NCBI GenBank assembly: GCA_963678065.2
Contig: CAXXVZ010000004.1
Span: 1-64,000 of the forward strand
Length of the DNA stretch: 64,000 bases
Direction of reading: 5' to 3'
DNA from: Treponemataceae bacterium
GTDB taxonomy: Bacteria > Spirochaetota > Spirochaetia > Treponematales > Rectinemataceae
The notes beneath the pieces are model-generated. The model worked only from the letters and a program-made list of their open reading frames with translations. It did no database searches and was not told the DNA's origin. The position numbers were made by a program, and so were the translations under genes. Shown piece by piece: positions 47,821-57,947 of this stretch (positions within the stretch are counted from its first letter, which is position 1; each line of letters begins with the position of its first letter).

Positions 47821-48690
47821 TTATCCTTTGACCGAGCCGATCATGACGCCTTTGATGAAATAGCGCTGGAGCCGCGGATAGATGAGGAGGATGGGAAGAG
47901 TCGCGATCATGACCGTGGCCGCAGTGAGGGCGGCGGGCACGACGGAAAGTCTCGACTCCGCTCCCTCCATCATGAAGACCTCCGGAGAGTTGTTGTTCAT
48001 GATGAGATTGGAGAGCTTGAGCTGCAAAGTGGCCATGCCCGTCTTCGTGATGTAGAAGAGGGCGTCCTGGAAGGTGTTCCAGCGGAACACGGCGTAGAAC
48101 AGGCTCAGGGTCGCGATGATGGGCATGGACAGCGGCAAGATGATGCGCACCAGTATCTGGAAGTACGAAGCGCCGTCGAGGAGAGCCGACTCGGTGAGCG
48201 ACTCCGGCAGTGTGGCGAGCGAGGTGCGGAGGATGATCACGTTGAAGGGGCTGATCGCCACCGGCAGGATGAGGGCCCATATCTTGTTGAGGAGCCCCAG
48301 CGACTTGACGAGGATATAGAGCGGGAGGATCCCTCCCGAGAAGTACATCGTGATGACGACGAGCGTCATGATGACTTTTCTGCCCTTCAGTTCCGGGCGC
48401 GTGAGCGGATAGGCGCAGGCAGTCGTGAGCGCCATGGCTATCGCGGTGTACAGGGTCGTGAGGACCACGCTGAACACGAGGGCCCGCATGACCGAGCCAT
48501 CTTTCAGGATTTCGCGGTAGGAGTTGAGCGTCAGCCCCACGGGCAGGAGTCCCACCTGGCGGGAGATGACCGCGTCGTTCGAACTCAGCGAGAGCGAGAT
48601 TTCATATATGAGGGGAAGTATGCAGGCCGCCGCGACGAAGATGAGAATGGCGCCAATCAGCGTACTTTCCGCTTTCCGGCGAATGTTCAT
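47821..48690 (-). CDS. ABC permease (LplC/YtcP-like)
   Basis: AYPL, TMYFSGGILP, LPESLTESALLDGAS, YAVFRWN and YPRLQRYFIKG...GSVKG. Confidence 0.93.
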   Translation of the reverse strand: MNIRRKAESTLIGAILIFVAAACILPLIYEISLSLSSNDAVISRQVGLLPVGLTLNSYREILKDGSVMRALVFSVVLTTLYTAIAMALTTACAYPLTRPELKGRKVIMTLVVITMYFSGGILPLYILVKSLGLLNKIWALILPVAISPFNVIILRTSLATLPESLTESALLDGASYFQILVRIILPLSMPIIATLSLFYAVFRWNTFQDALFYITKTGMATLQLKLSNLIMNNNSPEVFMMEGAESRLSVVPAALTAATVMIATLPILLIYPRLQRYFIKGVMIGSVKG

Positions 48691-48699
48691 GATGCCCCC

Positions 48700-49602
48700 T
48701 TACCAGATTCCCGTGTCGCTGTATTTGCTCGCCAGGGTGTTGGCTCCGAGGAGGAAGGCCATTCCGATGACGGACTGGAAAAGTCCCACGGCTGTACCGA
48801 CATTGAAGCGGCCGGACACGATGCCCACCTGGTAGACATAGGTGCTGATGACCTCTGCGAAATCCTTGACCAGCGCGTTGCCGAGAATGTAAGGCTGCTC
48901 GAATCCGATGCTGACGATCCTTCCGACCTGCAGCACGAGGAGGACGATCATCGTGGGAGCGATTCCCGGGAGGGTGATGCTCCACATCTTGCGCCAGCGT
49001 CCCGCGCCGTCCACATCGGCGGCCTCGTAGAGCTCCGGGTTGATGCCGGTGATGGAGGCGAGGTAGATGATCGTGCCCCATCCGGCGTTCTGCCACACCG
49101 CGATGCCCTGGTAGGTGAAGAGCCAGTGCCACTTCTCCGAAAGGAAGGGAATGCGCTGGCCGCCCAAGCGGGTGATGAGAACGTTGATGATGCCTGTGTT
49201 GTCGGCGAATATCTGGAGCGCGAGGGAGCCTATGATCGCCCAGGAGAGGAAGTGGGGAAGGTAGAGCGTACTCTGGAGGAGTTTCTTGAGCTTTTTCCCG
49301 CGGAGCTCGTTGAGAAGGAGGGCCAGTATGATGGGAGCGGGGAAGCCGACGATAAGGTTCAGCGCGTTCAGCATCAGAGTGTTCTTGACGGCCACCCAGA
49401 AACCTTTCGTCCTGAAGATTTCCTCGAACACGCCGAAGCCGATCCATTTCGAGTGGAAAAAACCCTTGAAAATATTGTAATCCTGGAACGAGATGAGAAC
49501 TCCCGCCATCGGTATGTACGAAAAAACCAGAAGAGAGATCAGAGGAAGCATCAGAAGCAGATAGAGCTGGATCTGTTGTCCCGTCTTGTGATTTCGCGCC
49601 AT
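48700..49602 (-). CDS. ABC permease (LplB/YteP-like)
   Basis: FSYIPMAG...FQDY, YLPHFLSW, GWGTIIYLA...INPELYEAA and AVGLFQS. Confidence 0.93.
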   Translation of the reverse strand: MARNHKTGQQIQLYLLLMLPLISLLVFSYIPMAGVLISFQDYNIFKGFFHSKWIGFGVFEEIFRTKGFWVAVKNTLMLNALNLIVGFPAPIILALLLNELRGKKLKKLLQSTLYLPHFLSWAIIGSLALQIFADNTGIINVLITRLGGQRIPFLSEKWHWLFTYQGIAVWQNAGWGTIIYLASITGINPELYEAADVDGAGRWRKMWSITLPGIAPTMIVLLVLQVGRIVSIGFEQPYILGNALVKDFAEVISTYVYQVGIVSGRFNVGTAVGLFQSVIGMAFLLGANTLASKYSDTGIW

Positions 49603-50649
49603 TCACTCGCCGCCTTCGATCCCGTCGAGAAGGGCGGCGAGGAAAGCGAGAGTCAAACCCTGTCCCCATCCCTGCACCCGTTTTCGGGGAATCTGCCTGT
49701 AGGCCTCGGCGTCCGGCATGACAGCCGTACCGCCTGAAACGTTGAGCACGGAACCGTCCGCGCTGACATTTTCGCGGATCCCCGAGTAGGCTCGAGCCAG
49801 GTACTTCCCGTGCAGGGGGAGCCGGTAGGTCGCGATCGCCGCCGCGATGCCGGCGGAGGCCGATGTCTCGCAATACGAAGTATCGTCGTCGAGAATGGTA
49901 TGCCAGAGACCTTCGGGGGACTGGAGCCGGACGAGGGCCGAAAGCTGATCGCGCAGCGAGCCGTCGATGCGCATGAACATGGGATAGAGGTAATCGATGT
50001 AGCGCAGGGCGCGGGACATGGTGTACGCCGCCCAGGCGTTCGCGCGGCCCCAATAGATGCCCGACATGTGGTCGCGCCTCGAGTTGTCCCATCCGTGGTA
50101 GTAGAGATTGGTCACGGGGTCCTGGAGGAGATCCTCATGCCAGTACCACTGGTTGAGCGCGTCGTCGATCCAGACCCTGTTGCCGGTCTTGAACCCCATG
50201 CGCAGAAGGAAATAGGCCGCCATGAAAAGCGTATCCGCCCAGGCTTGCCCGGGAAAGTCATTTTTCGGAGAGACTGTGTGCTGAAGAACCCCCTCGCCGA
50301 ATCGGAGGGCGTCTTTTTGCAGGTAGCCCGCCTTTTCGAGGGCGAGATCGAAATAGCGCGCGTCTCCCGTAGCCTCGTGCAGACTGATGAGGCAATGCCC
50401 CATGGCCATGGTGTTGACCGTGAAGGGGGGCAGGCCGATGTCGATGTACTCGTCCACCCACGATTTTACCCGATCGAGGTACTCCGCCTTTCCCGTCGCT
50501 TCCCATGCGCGGCAAACGCCGTAGAAGGCGACTCCGCTTGGCCAGTTCCAGGTAAAATCGATGTCCATCGTCCGCGCGACGAGGCGGTCGATGAGTTCGC
50601 GGATTGCGGGCTCTTCAGCCTTGCCGATACGCGTACCGGAATCAGGCAT
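49603..50649 (-). CDS. GH105 unsaturated rhamnogalacturonyl/glucuronyl hydrolase (YesR/YteR-like)
   Basis: WNWPSGVAFYG, QAWADTLFMA, LYYHGW, WGRANAW, GLWHT, ETSASAG and VSGGT...GWGQG; AAGGAG RBS. Confidence 0.9.
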   Translation of the reverse strand: MPDSGTRIGKAEEPAIRELIDRLVARTMDIDFTWNWPSGVAFYGVCRAWEATGKAEYLDRVKSWVDEYIDIGLPPFTVNTMAMGHCLISLHEATGDARYFDLALEKAGYLQKDALRFGEGVLQHTVSPKNDFPGQAWADTLFMAAYFLLRMGFKTGNRVWIDDALNQWYWHEDLLQDPVTNLYYHGWDNSRRDHMSGIYWGRANAWAAYTMSRALRYIDYLYPMFMRIDGSLRDQLSALVRLQSPEGLWHTILDDDTSYCETSASAGIAAAIATYRLPLHGKYLARAYSGIRENVSADGSVLNVSGGTAVMPDAEAYRQIPRKRVQGWGQGLTLAFLAALLDGIEGGE

Positions 50650-51640
50650 GGTCTCTCCTTGTGGCCCCGCAGGATTCACGTATGACCAGTTCATGTTTGA
50701 GGAAGACGTGGATGGCCGCCTCGTTGGGGTTTTCCAGAAGCCGCAAGAGGACATCCACCGCCGTGGACCCGGCCTCGCGGAAAGGAATGCGCACGCTCGT
50801 GAGCGGGGGCGAAAAGAATTTCGAAGCCTCGAGATCGTCCATACCGACCAAGGCGATGTCCTCGGGAACCTTGAGCCCGAACTCCCGCACGACGGTGCCG
50901 AGCCGCATGAGGTGGGTATCGGAGAGCCCGAACCACGCGTGGGGGCGCGAATCGGAGGAGAAGAGGGTCCGCGCGATATCCTCGAGGTCGCCATCCTTTT
51001 CGAAGGTGTACAGCGAGGCGGGAACCGGAAGTCCCCTCGCAGCAAAGGCATCCCGGAAGCCATTCATCTTGTCGCGGTCGAGGCGGTAGTCGACGGGTCT
51101 TCCCCAGGTGGCGATATCGGTGTGCCCGAGCGAAATGAGGTGATCGACGGCCTCTCGCGCGGCGTTGCGCAGATCGACGGAGACGAAACTCCGGTCGGAG
51201 TCCGTGAAGACGCGGTTCACGAAGACGTGGGGTATCCCCAGCCGCCTGAGCTCGGCGGATTCGGCGTCCTCTTCTTTCTCGTTTTTTCCGATGAAGATGA
51301 CGCCGACTCTGGTCGACAAATTTGCGCGCTTCTTGCCTGGCGGGAGTATGGGGCCATGGTCGGCGTGCAGCTTGACGTGAAGCCCCAGGCTCGCCGCCCT
51401 GTTCATCACGCCGGACACCATCTCCCCGTACGCGTTCGCGCCCTCGAAGTGTTCGCGCACGGAAACTACGAGAAGGAGGTCCGATCGCGGCGGACGCGGA
51501 TTGTAGAAGTAGTTGACTTCCTTCATGGCTGTCTGGATCGCCTCGCGCGCCTCGGTCCGGACTTTGCTGCCATTCAGGAAGCGGAATACCGTGCTGCGGG
51601 ATACGCCAGAAATTCGGACTACATCGTCGATTGTCGGCAC
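50642..51640 (-). CDS. LacI-family transcriptional regulator
   Basis: PTIDDVVRISGVSRSTVFRFLN; VPEDIALVGMDD...PPLTSV; ELVIRES; GTG start. Confidence 0.93.
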   Translation of the reverse strand: MPTIDDVVRISGVSRSTVFRFLNGSKVRTEAREAIQTAMKEVNYFYNPRPPRSDLLLVVSVREHFEGANAYGEMVSGVMNRAASLGLHVKLHADHGPILPPGKKRANLSTRVGVIFIGKNEKEEDAESAELRRLGIPHVFVNRVFTDSDRSFVSVDLRNAAREAVDHLISLGHTDIATWGRPVDYRLDRDKMNGFRDAFAARGLPVPASLYTFEKDGDLEDIARTLFSSDSRPHAWFGLSDTHLMRLGTVVREFGLKVPEDIALVGMDDLEASKFFSPPLTSVRIPFREAGSTAVDVLLRLLENPNEAAIHVFLKHELVIRESCGATRRDHA

Positions 51641-51934
51641 CTTTTCGACCTCTTGAGGGGAGTTTAGCACGGGTTCAAAAAACGGTGTCAAAATTTGCGG
51701 TTATCAGTATCACTTTTTATGGCACTTTAGTGTCAATTGCTGCAAGAACGCCTACCCGATGAGGCGGTGCAAGCCTGTCCACAGCCCGGAATCCGCCTTG
51801 CGGAATACGGAAGAGAATTGCCCTTCCTCGTTGACATGAGGGAAGAGGTAGTCGACGATACACGCGTACGCATGCTTCTACAGGCATGCGCGAAACAGCG
51901 GGCTGCCGAAGGCCCGTCATCCACGGAGAATGTC

Positions 51935-53032
51935 ATGGAACATGAAATCCTCGGCTCCGGCCCCCTCCTCGACTCTTCGGGCAGATTGCGCGAGGCTGGC
52001 TGGGCGCGCCATCCCCTTCTCTCCTACGACCGGAGCGCGGTACGGGTGCCAGCCTTCAGGATCAAGGAATGGGACTACTACTGCATCCTGGCAGGCGACA
52101 GTGGCATCGCCCTCACGGTCGCCGACAACGGCTACATGGGACTTCTCTCGGCGACCGTCTTCGACTTCGCGCGACCCGCCGAAGTCACCGATAGCCTCAT
52201 GACGGCCTTCCCCATGGGACGTACGGGCCTGCCTGTCCGTTCGGAGAGCGGAGTCACGGAGATCCGGAGAAAAGGAGTCAGGGTGCGCTTCGAGTCCGGG
52301 GGCGGGAGAAGGACCCTGAGCTTTTCCTGGCCGGATTTCGGGAAAAAGCGCGCAGGTACGGGCGGAACGGCCTGCGGCCTCTCAGGTGAAATCCATCTGA
52401 CCGAACAGGAAGGCGGCGAATCGATGGTGATAGCCACGCCTTTTTTCCGGGCTCCCCGGTCCTTCTATTACAACCAGAAGATCAACTGCCAGGACGCACA
52501 AGGATCGTTCCGGTTCGGCGGCAAAGAGTGCCGCCTCGAGAAGGGGAAAGCCTTCGGCGTGCTCGATTGGGGACGGGGCGTGTGGACCTACGCCAACACC
52601 TGGTACTGGGGCTCCGCCTCGGGGCTGGCCCGCCTCAGAGAGGATGGGGTGACGGGAAAGACGAAAGATGCGCGTCCCAGGAAGACCGGGCCCTTCGGCT
52701 TCAACATCGGCCACGGCTTCGGCGACACGCGCGCGGCGAGCGAGAACATGGTCTTCTTCGAGGGACGAGCCCACAAGATCGGAGAGCTCGAAATCAGCCT
52801 CGATCCGAAGGATTTCATGAAACCCTGGCGCGCCGTCTCGGCGGATGGCCGCTTCGATATGAAGCTTTCGCCTATCCTTGACCGGGCCGCCACGACCAAG
52901 CTCGGGATACTGGTCTCGATACAGCATCAGGTCTTCGGAGACTGGTCCGGCAGGGCGGTCCTCGACGATGGACGCGAGATCAGGGTTGAAAAACTGCGCG
53001 GGTTCTGCGAAAAGGTAGTCAACCGCTGGTAG
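51935..53032 (+). CDS. DUF2804-family protein
   Basis: GWAR, RIKEWDYY, FYYNQKIN, LDWGRGVW...WYWGS, GFGD..ENM and QHQVFG pattern, as recalled for DUF2804. Confidence 0.75.
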   Translation: MEHEILGSGPLLDSSGRLREAGWARHPLLSYDRSAVRVPAFRIKEWDYYCILAGDSGIALTVADNGYMGLLSATVFDFARPAEVTDSLMTAFPMGRTGLPVRSESGVTEIRRKGVRVRFESGGGRRTLSFSWPDFGKKRAGTGGTACGLSGEIHLTEQEGGESMVIATPFFRAPRSFYYNQKINCQDAQGSFRFGGKECRLEKGKAFGVLDWGRGVWTYANTWYWGSASGLARLREDGVTGKTKDARPRKTGPFGFNIGHGFGDTRAASENMVFFEGRAHKIGELEISLDPKDFMKPWRAVSADGRFDMKLSPILDRAATTKLGILVSIQHQVFGDWSGRAVLDDGREIRVEKLRGFCEKVVNRW

Positions 53033-53164
53033 GCCGGAAGACGGCCCCGACGAGAGACGGCGCCGGATGAGGCGAAACTCAACATCAAACGAGGAGAGCA
53101 CATGAAGAGCGATTTTGCGCTGAAGGCGTCCCGGGCTGCCATGGCCCCGGCGGGAGCCTGAGGC

Positions 53165-54061
53165 ATGGATATCAATACCGGTGCCCTCGCGGCGCTCGCG
53201 ACCGCTTTCGCGTGGACGGTGACGGCCCTCTCTTTCGAATACGCCGGCAAGCGGATCGGGGCGTTTGCCCTCAACTTCCTCAGACTCGCTGTCGGCTGCG
53301 TCTTTCTCGGAATCTACGGCCTCGCCGTCCGGGGACGGTTTTTCCCGTTCGATGCGCCCGCCTCGGCGTGGATCGGACTCGGCGCTTCCGGCCTCGTCGG
53401 GCTCGTCGTAGGGGACCTTCTCCTTTTCCAGGCCTTCATCGACTCGGGCTCCCGTGTCTCGATGCTGATTTACGCGACCTCTCCCGCCATGACCGCCATC
53501 CTCGGCTTTTTCATCCTCGGAGAGAGGATAGCGCCTGCCGGCATCGGAGGGATGGCGCTGACCCTCGCAGGAATCGCGCTCGCCGTTCTGGGCAGAGGAG
53601 AGGATGGAGGCAGGAACAAAAAACCGGCCTATCTGCGCGGGATCCTGCTCGCCTTCGGGGCGACGGCGGGACAGGCTGCGGGGCTCATTCTGGGCAAGTC
53701 AGGCGCGGGGAACATGGATCCTTTCGCAGGGACCCAGATCCGGGTGACGGCCGGGGTTCTCGGCTTTCTCGTCATCATGCTGCTGACACGCTCTTTCCGC
53801 GGACTCGGGGCCGCGCTGCGCGACCGGAAAGCCCTCGCCAGCCTCAGTCTCGGATCATTCTTCGGCCCCTTCCTCGGCGTTTCTCTCAGCCTGCTCGCCG
53901 TCCAGAAGACCTCTGCCGGCATAGCCTCGGCCGTCATGTCGATAACGCCGATCCTCATAATCCCGCCCGCGGCCCTCATCCTGAAGGAGAAGGTCAGTAT
54001 CCGGGAAATCTCGGGCTCGATCCTGGCGGTGGCAGGGGTCTTCGTCCTCTTCCTCGCCTGA
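53165..54061 (+). CDS. DMT/EamA-family transporter
   Basis: About 10 TMs in two EamA-like repeats; ILGERI and LKEKVS motifs. Confidence 0.9.
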   Translation: MDINTGALAALATAFAWTVTALSFEYAGKRIGAFALNFLRLAVGCVFLGIYGLAVRGRFFPFDAPASAWIGLGASGLVGLVVGDLLLFQAFIDSGSRVSMLIYATSPAMTAILGFFILGERIAPAGIGGMALTLAGIALAVLGRGEDGGRNKKPAYLRGILLAFGATAGQAAGLILGKSGAGNMDPFAGTQIRVTAGVLGFLVIMLLTRSFRGLGAALRDRKALASLSLGSFFGPFLGVSLSLLAVQKTSAGIASAVMSITPILIIPPAALILKEKVSIREISGSILAVAGVFVLFLA

Positions 54062-54088
54062 GGGCTCTCGCGGGAGAAGGGATTCGGG

Positions 54089-55378
54089 TCAACTCTCCGG
54101 CGAGGCGTTCTTCCCTATAAGTTTCAACACGAGCCTGTCCGTCGCCAGCATGCCGGGGTCGTTCAGCTCCCCGAGATTCGCGAATGAATCCTCGGCGGTC
54201 GCGCCGACTATCCCCATTCCGGCTGGAATCGACACGCCCTCCATCGCCGCGAAGGCAGCCTGGATCGCGAGCGAGGCCGATGTGCTCAGCTTGTAGGCGC
54301 AGGATTCTTTCGCGCCGTCGCAGAGCATGCCGGCAAGCGTTCCGATCACCGTCTGCATCGCCCGCTCGGCCGCGGAAAAATCGCCGCCGAGGAGGTACAC
54401 AGTGCCCGCCGCCACGCCGGTCGAGGCCGCGACCGCGCAGCCGCAGAACGCCGTCATGCGGTGCACGTGGCTCTTGATCATGATGGTGACCACCGCCCCG
54501 CGCGCGAGCGCCCTCGCGAGGAGAGCCCGCGGAGAGCCGAGGGTTTCGGCCGCCGCCAGGATGCCGAGCGTGACTGTGATGCCGTGATTGCCGCTTCCTG
54601 CGATAGCCATGACCGGGACCTTCAGTCCGGCCATACGCGCCTCGCTCGCCGCGGCTGTCCACACCTGTGCAAAGCTCATGGCGGCAAAGGGCTGAGGCGT
54701 GACCGAGGATCGCCGATCGAGGGAGCGCCCCAGTTTCAGCGACGGGTCCTCAAGTCCGATGTCCGCCGCCCTCCGGTTGACCTGCGCTGCCTGCAGGAGG
54801 AATTCCAGGTCTTCCGCGGTCATGGCATCGATGAGCCCGAACAGCGTTTCGAGCGTGCTGCCCGCGAGCGCATTCTGAACCTCCGAGGCTTTCGCGAAAG
54901 GCGATGAAAGGATGACGTCGCCGTCGCGGACCACTTCGGTGATGTTCGAGTAATCGTTCATGATGACGGCGCGCGCGCGATGTCCGCCCGAGGAGAGCTC
55001 CGCCCGGATGTAAAGGGGATCGGGCGCGTCGGCGTAATGCACCAGCACACGCCCTGCCGATACGAGCTTTCGCGCCTGTTCAAGAAGCCCGGGCGTCACG
55101 GAATCGAAGATCGCGAGACCGGCCTCGCATCGGTCGATCACCGCTCCGAGAGCCGCGGCGATGACGAGTCCGCGCTCGCCGGTCCCGGGGACGCCTACGC
55201 TGATTCCGTTTTTGAACACGTTGGGACTGACGAGGACATCTACTGTCTCGGGCCTCGTTCCCAGCTCGCGCGCCGCGCGGGCCACGGCCAGCGCGACCGC
55301 CCCGGGATCGGTGCACCCGGTCGATCGCTCCAGTTCACTTTTGAGAAGGTTCAGTAAAGATGGTATGTCCACAGGCAT
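54089..55378 (-). CDS. L-cysteine desulfidase / serine dehydratase alpha family (YhaM/CyuA-like)
   Basis: GCTDP, SPNVFKN...VPGT, SEARMAG, GSGNHG, AFCGC and GMLCDGAKESCAYK (Fe-S cysteines). Confidence 0.87.
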   Translation of the reverse strand: MPVDIPSLLNLLKSELERSTGCTDPGAVALAVARAARELGTRPETVDVLVSPNVFKNGISVGVPGTGERGLVIAAALGAVIDRCEAGLAIFDSVTPGLLEQARKLVSAGRVLVHYADAPDPLYIRAELSSGGHRARAVIMNDYSNITEVVRDGDVILSSPFAKASEVQNALAGSTLETLFGLIDAMTAEDLEFLLQAAQVNRRAADIGLEDPSLKLGRSLDRRSSVTPQPFAAMSFAQVWTAAASEARMAGLKVPVMAIAGSGNHGITVTLGILAAAETLGSPRALLARALARGAVVTIMIKSHVHRMTAFCGCAVAASTGVAAGTVYLLGGDFSAAERAMQTVIGTLAGMLCDGAKESCAYKLSTSASLAIQAAFAAMEGVSIPAGMGIVGATAEDSFANLGELNDPGMLATDRLVLKLIGKNASPES

Positions 55379-55427
55379 TCTCCGATAGATGGGTGAGTGT
55401 CGCCGCAGGGCAGCGGGCAGGAGAGGA

Positions 55428-56867
55428 TCAGGAGCGCAGGGCCTGCCAGGCGGCTCCCAGCCTGAGCTCGGCGACTCTGCCCCTTTCTTCCGCATCGCCG
55501 AGAATCCTCTCGATCCGCGCGACCGCGCGCTCCAGTTCCCCGTAGACCGGGGTCATTCCCGCCGGGGCCGGCCCGCCGGGGACCTCGCGGACCGCTACGA
55601 AGTGGGCGGGCGCCAGTATGGCCGCGATCCGGTCGTCGTCGAAAGGCAGTTCCCTCCCCGTGCTGGAGCTGAAGGCCTCCCGCATAGCGCCAGGGGCGTT
55701 CCCCGAGCGCACGAAGGCCGACGAGACCGCGTGCGCCGTGCGGAAGCCGATGCCTGCCTCCCTCACCATGGTATCGGCGAGTTCGGTCGTGGTGACACCG
55801 TAGGCGAGAGCGATACGGCGGACCGCAGATTCGTTCGACGTGACGTTGGAGATGATTTCGGCGACGAGGGCCGTGGCCGAGCCGGCCGGGCCGAGGGTCT
55901 CGATGAGCGCGCTCACAGGAGCGTCGGCGGCTTCGTTGACGTCCTGGAAGGGCACGTTGCGGTACAGAGTGCGCATCGCGGCGCAGGCGCCCATAGCCAT
56001 CCCCGACTGTATCCGCGCGTGTTCGAGGATCACGGGGTTGCGCTTCTGCGGCATGATGCTGCTCGCCTGCACGAGCGAATCGGGGAAATCGACGAGGCCG
56101 ACCTCGCAGCTCGCCTTGTGCAAAAGGTCCGCGACGAAGCGCGCGTAATCGGAAAGGAGCTCTTCGAGCGCGGCCGCGGGTCGCGTGAGCCAGTGCGAGG
56201 TGGAGATGGCCTGGTAGGTGTTGCAGACGAATCCGGGAAAGCCGAGAAGCTCGGCGACGCGGGCGCGGTTCAGGGGGAAACCCGTCCCCGTGATGGCGCA
56301 GGCTCCCATCGTGGAGCGGTCGAGTCGCCCGAGGGCGGCGCCCAGATCCTCCAGATCCTCGGCGAGTTCCGAGGCGAAAGCCGTGAGGTAATGCTCCATC
56401 GTCGACACGTTCGCCGGCTGGCCGTGGGTGTACAGCACGGTGAGCTCTTCCCTGCCCGCCTTCGCGCGCGCGATCGTCGTCGTCAGCAGGCGGAGAACTT
56501 CCCGGCAGAACGCGACTAGCGCGCGCCGGAGCGCCATGCGGAATACGGTCGTGTCCATGTCGTTCCTGCTCCGGGCGGTGTGCAGGAAGGCCGCGAGATC
56601 CGCCCCTATCCTCCTCTCGAGTTCACGCTCGAACACGAAGTAGAGGTCCTCCACGCCGTCCGGGATCGACTCGGGGTATTCGAAGTCCTCCCCGATCGCG
56701 TCGACGGCCGCGGCTATACGCGCGGCCGTCTCCTTCGTCAGGATGCCGCTCTCGGCCAGACCGACGAGGTGGGCGCGGTGCACCGCCATCGCGTCTTCGG
56801 CGTAGAGCCTCTTCCAGTTGCTGTATGCGGGGTCCAGAACCCTCTGGGTGTATACGGGAGAAAACAT
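55428..56867 (-). CDS. Argininosuccinate-lyase-like C-N/C-S lyase (fumarase/aspartase superfamily)
   Basis: EDLYF, LHTARSRNDM, YTHGQPA, signature SSIMPQKRNP, TTELAD and FRTAH; AAGGAGG RBS. Confidence 0.9.
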   Translation of the reverse strand: MFSPVYTQRVLDPAYSNWKRLYAEDAMAVHRAHLVGLAESGILTKETAARIAAAVDAIGEDFEYPESIPDGVEDLYFVFERELERRIGADLAAFLHTARSRNDMDTTVFRMALRRALVAFCREVLRLLTTTIARAKAGREELTVLYTHGQPANVSTMEHYLTAFASELAEDLEDLGAALGRLDRSTMGACAITGTGFPLNRARVAELLGFPGFVCNTYQAISTSHWLTRPAAALEELLSDYARFVADLLHKASCEVGLVDFPDSLVQASSIMPQKRNPVILEHARIQSGMAMGACAAMRTLYRNVPFQDVNEAADAPVSALIETLGPAGSATALVAEIISNVTSNESAVRRIALAYGVTTTELADTMVREAGIGFRTAHAVSSAFVRSGNAPGAMREAFSSSTGRELPFDDDRIAAILAPAHFVAVREVPGGPAPAGMTPVYGELERAVARIERILGDAEERGRVAELRLGAAWQALRS

Positions 56868-56926
56868 CGTGCCTCCTTGCGCGGTATTCGGTGGGCGGGG
56901 TTTTGCAGGACGGATCGTCCCACCTC

Positions 56927-57943
56927 TCACTCGATCCGGAGAAGACCCGCGATGTTCCTGTAGAGAACCGCGTCCACCTCGGACTCGTCGAAGCCGTTGT
57001 CGAACATCTCGCGGACCTGGACGTCGAGGTAGGCGTCCGCGAACCCGCGGGGGAACCAGCTCGAGTCGGTTCCGAAAATGATGCGCGAGGCGCCTATTGT
57101 CTCGCGGTATTTGCGCAGGAGCGAGGCGAGGTCGACCGGATAGGGCATCCAGCGCATCCACTGGTTCGATCCGGATGTGTCGATATAGACGTTGGGGCAT
57201 GCCCAGCAGAGGTTGAGGGTCTCGAAGATGTAGCCGCAGCCGAAGTGCGGGATGATGATGGGCATGCGGGGAAAGCGCTTCGCGACGTCGTGGATGACGA
57301 TCGGGTTGATGTTGATGTGGTTCGCGATGCCGCCCGCCCCGCCCATGATGCCGAAGTGGATGAGGACAGGTATCTCCCGCTCCGACGCGACCTCCCATAT
57401 CGGGTAAAAGGAGGGATCGTCGAGGCGGCGGTCGATCTTCGGACCGAGAAGCTTGTAGCCGCGCAGATCCCCCTCCGTCACCGCTTTCTCGAGGCGGCCG
57501 GCCGCGTCGGGCAGCAGCGGATCATGGTGGGCGTAGGCGTAGAACTTCCCGGGATTGCGCGCCGCGAGAGCCGACGCGAAGTCGTTGCTGCCCGCCGTGA
57601 CGAAGACGACGGCGCGCAGGTACTCCCGCCTGTCGACCTCACCCTGCCAGAGGCGCTCGCCCTCCTCCTTCGAGACTGACGTGGCGGCCGGAAAGCGCCA
57701 GGCGGCCTCCCAGCGGGCCTTCTCGGCCTCGAGCCAGGGGTGCTCGGCTTTGCCGGAGCGGCCGCTCGTGTAGCCAGTGCCCTTGTCCGCGCCGGAGAGG
57801 TCGCTGGTTGTGGCGTCGCTGGCTGCGGCGGCGGCATTTGGCGCTCCGCCGGGCGCTTCGGCGCCGGCAGAGGCGGGAGCGGGGCTCCCGTCGTCGATGA
57901 TTCTGTCTTCGGGGAAATGTACGTGCGAATCGATTACGCGCAT
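56927..57943 (-). CDS. Amidohydrolase_2-family metallohydrolase
   Basis: IDSHVH, RGYKL, PVLIHFG, IPHFG, NVYIDTSG and IIFGTD. Confidence 0.9.
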   Translation of the reverse strand: MRVIDSHVHFPEDRIIDDGSPAPASAGAEAPGGAPNAAAAASDATTSDLSGADKGTGYTSGRSGKAEHPWLEAEKARWEAAWRFPAATSVSKEEGERLWQGEVDRREYLRAVVFVTAGSNDFASALAARNPGKFYAYAHHDPLLPDAAGRLEKAVTEGDLRGYKLLGPKIDRRLDDPSFYPIWEVASEREIPVLIHFGIMGGAGGIANHININPIVIHDVAKRFPRMPIIIPHFGCGYIFETLNLCWACPNVYIDTSGSNQWMRWMPYPVDLASLLRKYRETIGASRIIFGTDSSWFPRGFADAYLDVQVREMFDNGFDESEVDAVLYRNIAGLLRIE

Positions 57944-57947
57944 GGGC

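Noticed and set aside
51661..51691. TTGACA...TGcTAAACT promoter for lacI on the minus strand
   Set aside because: The 19-nt spacer is atypical; plausible as an extended -10 but not well enough supported
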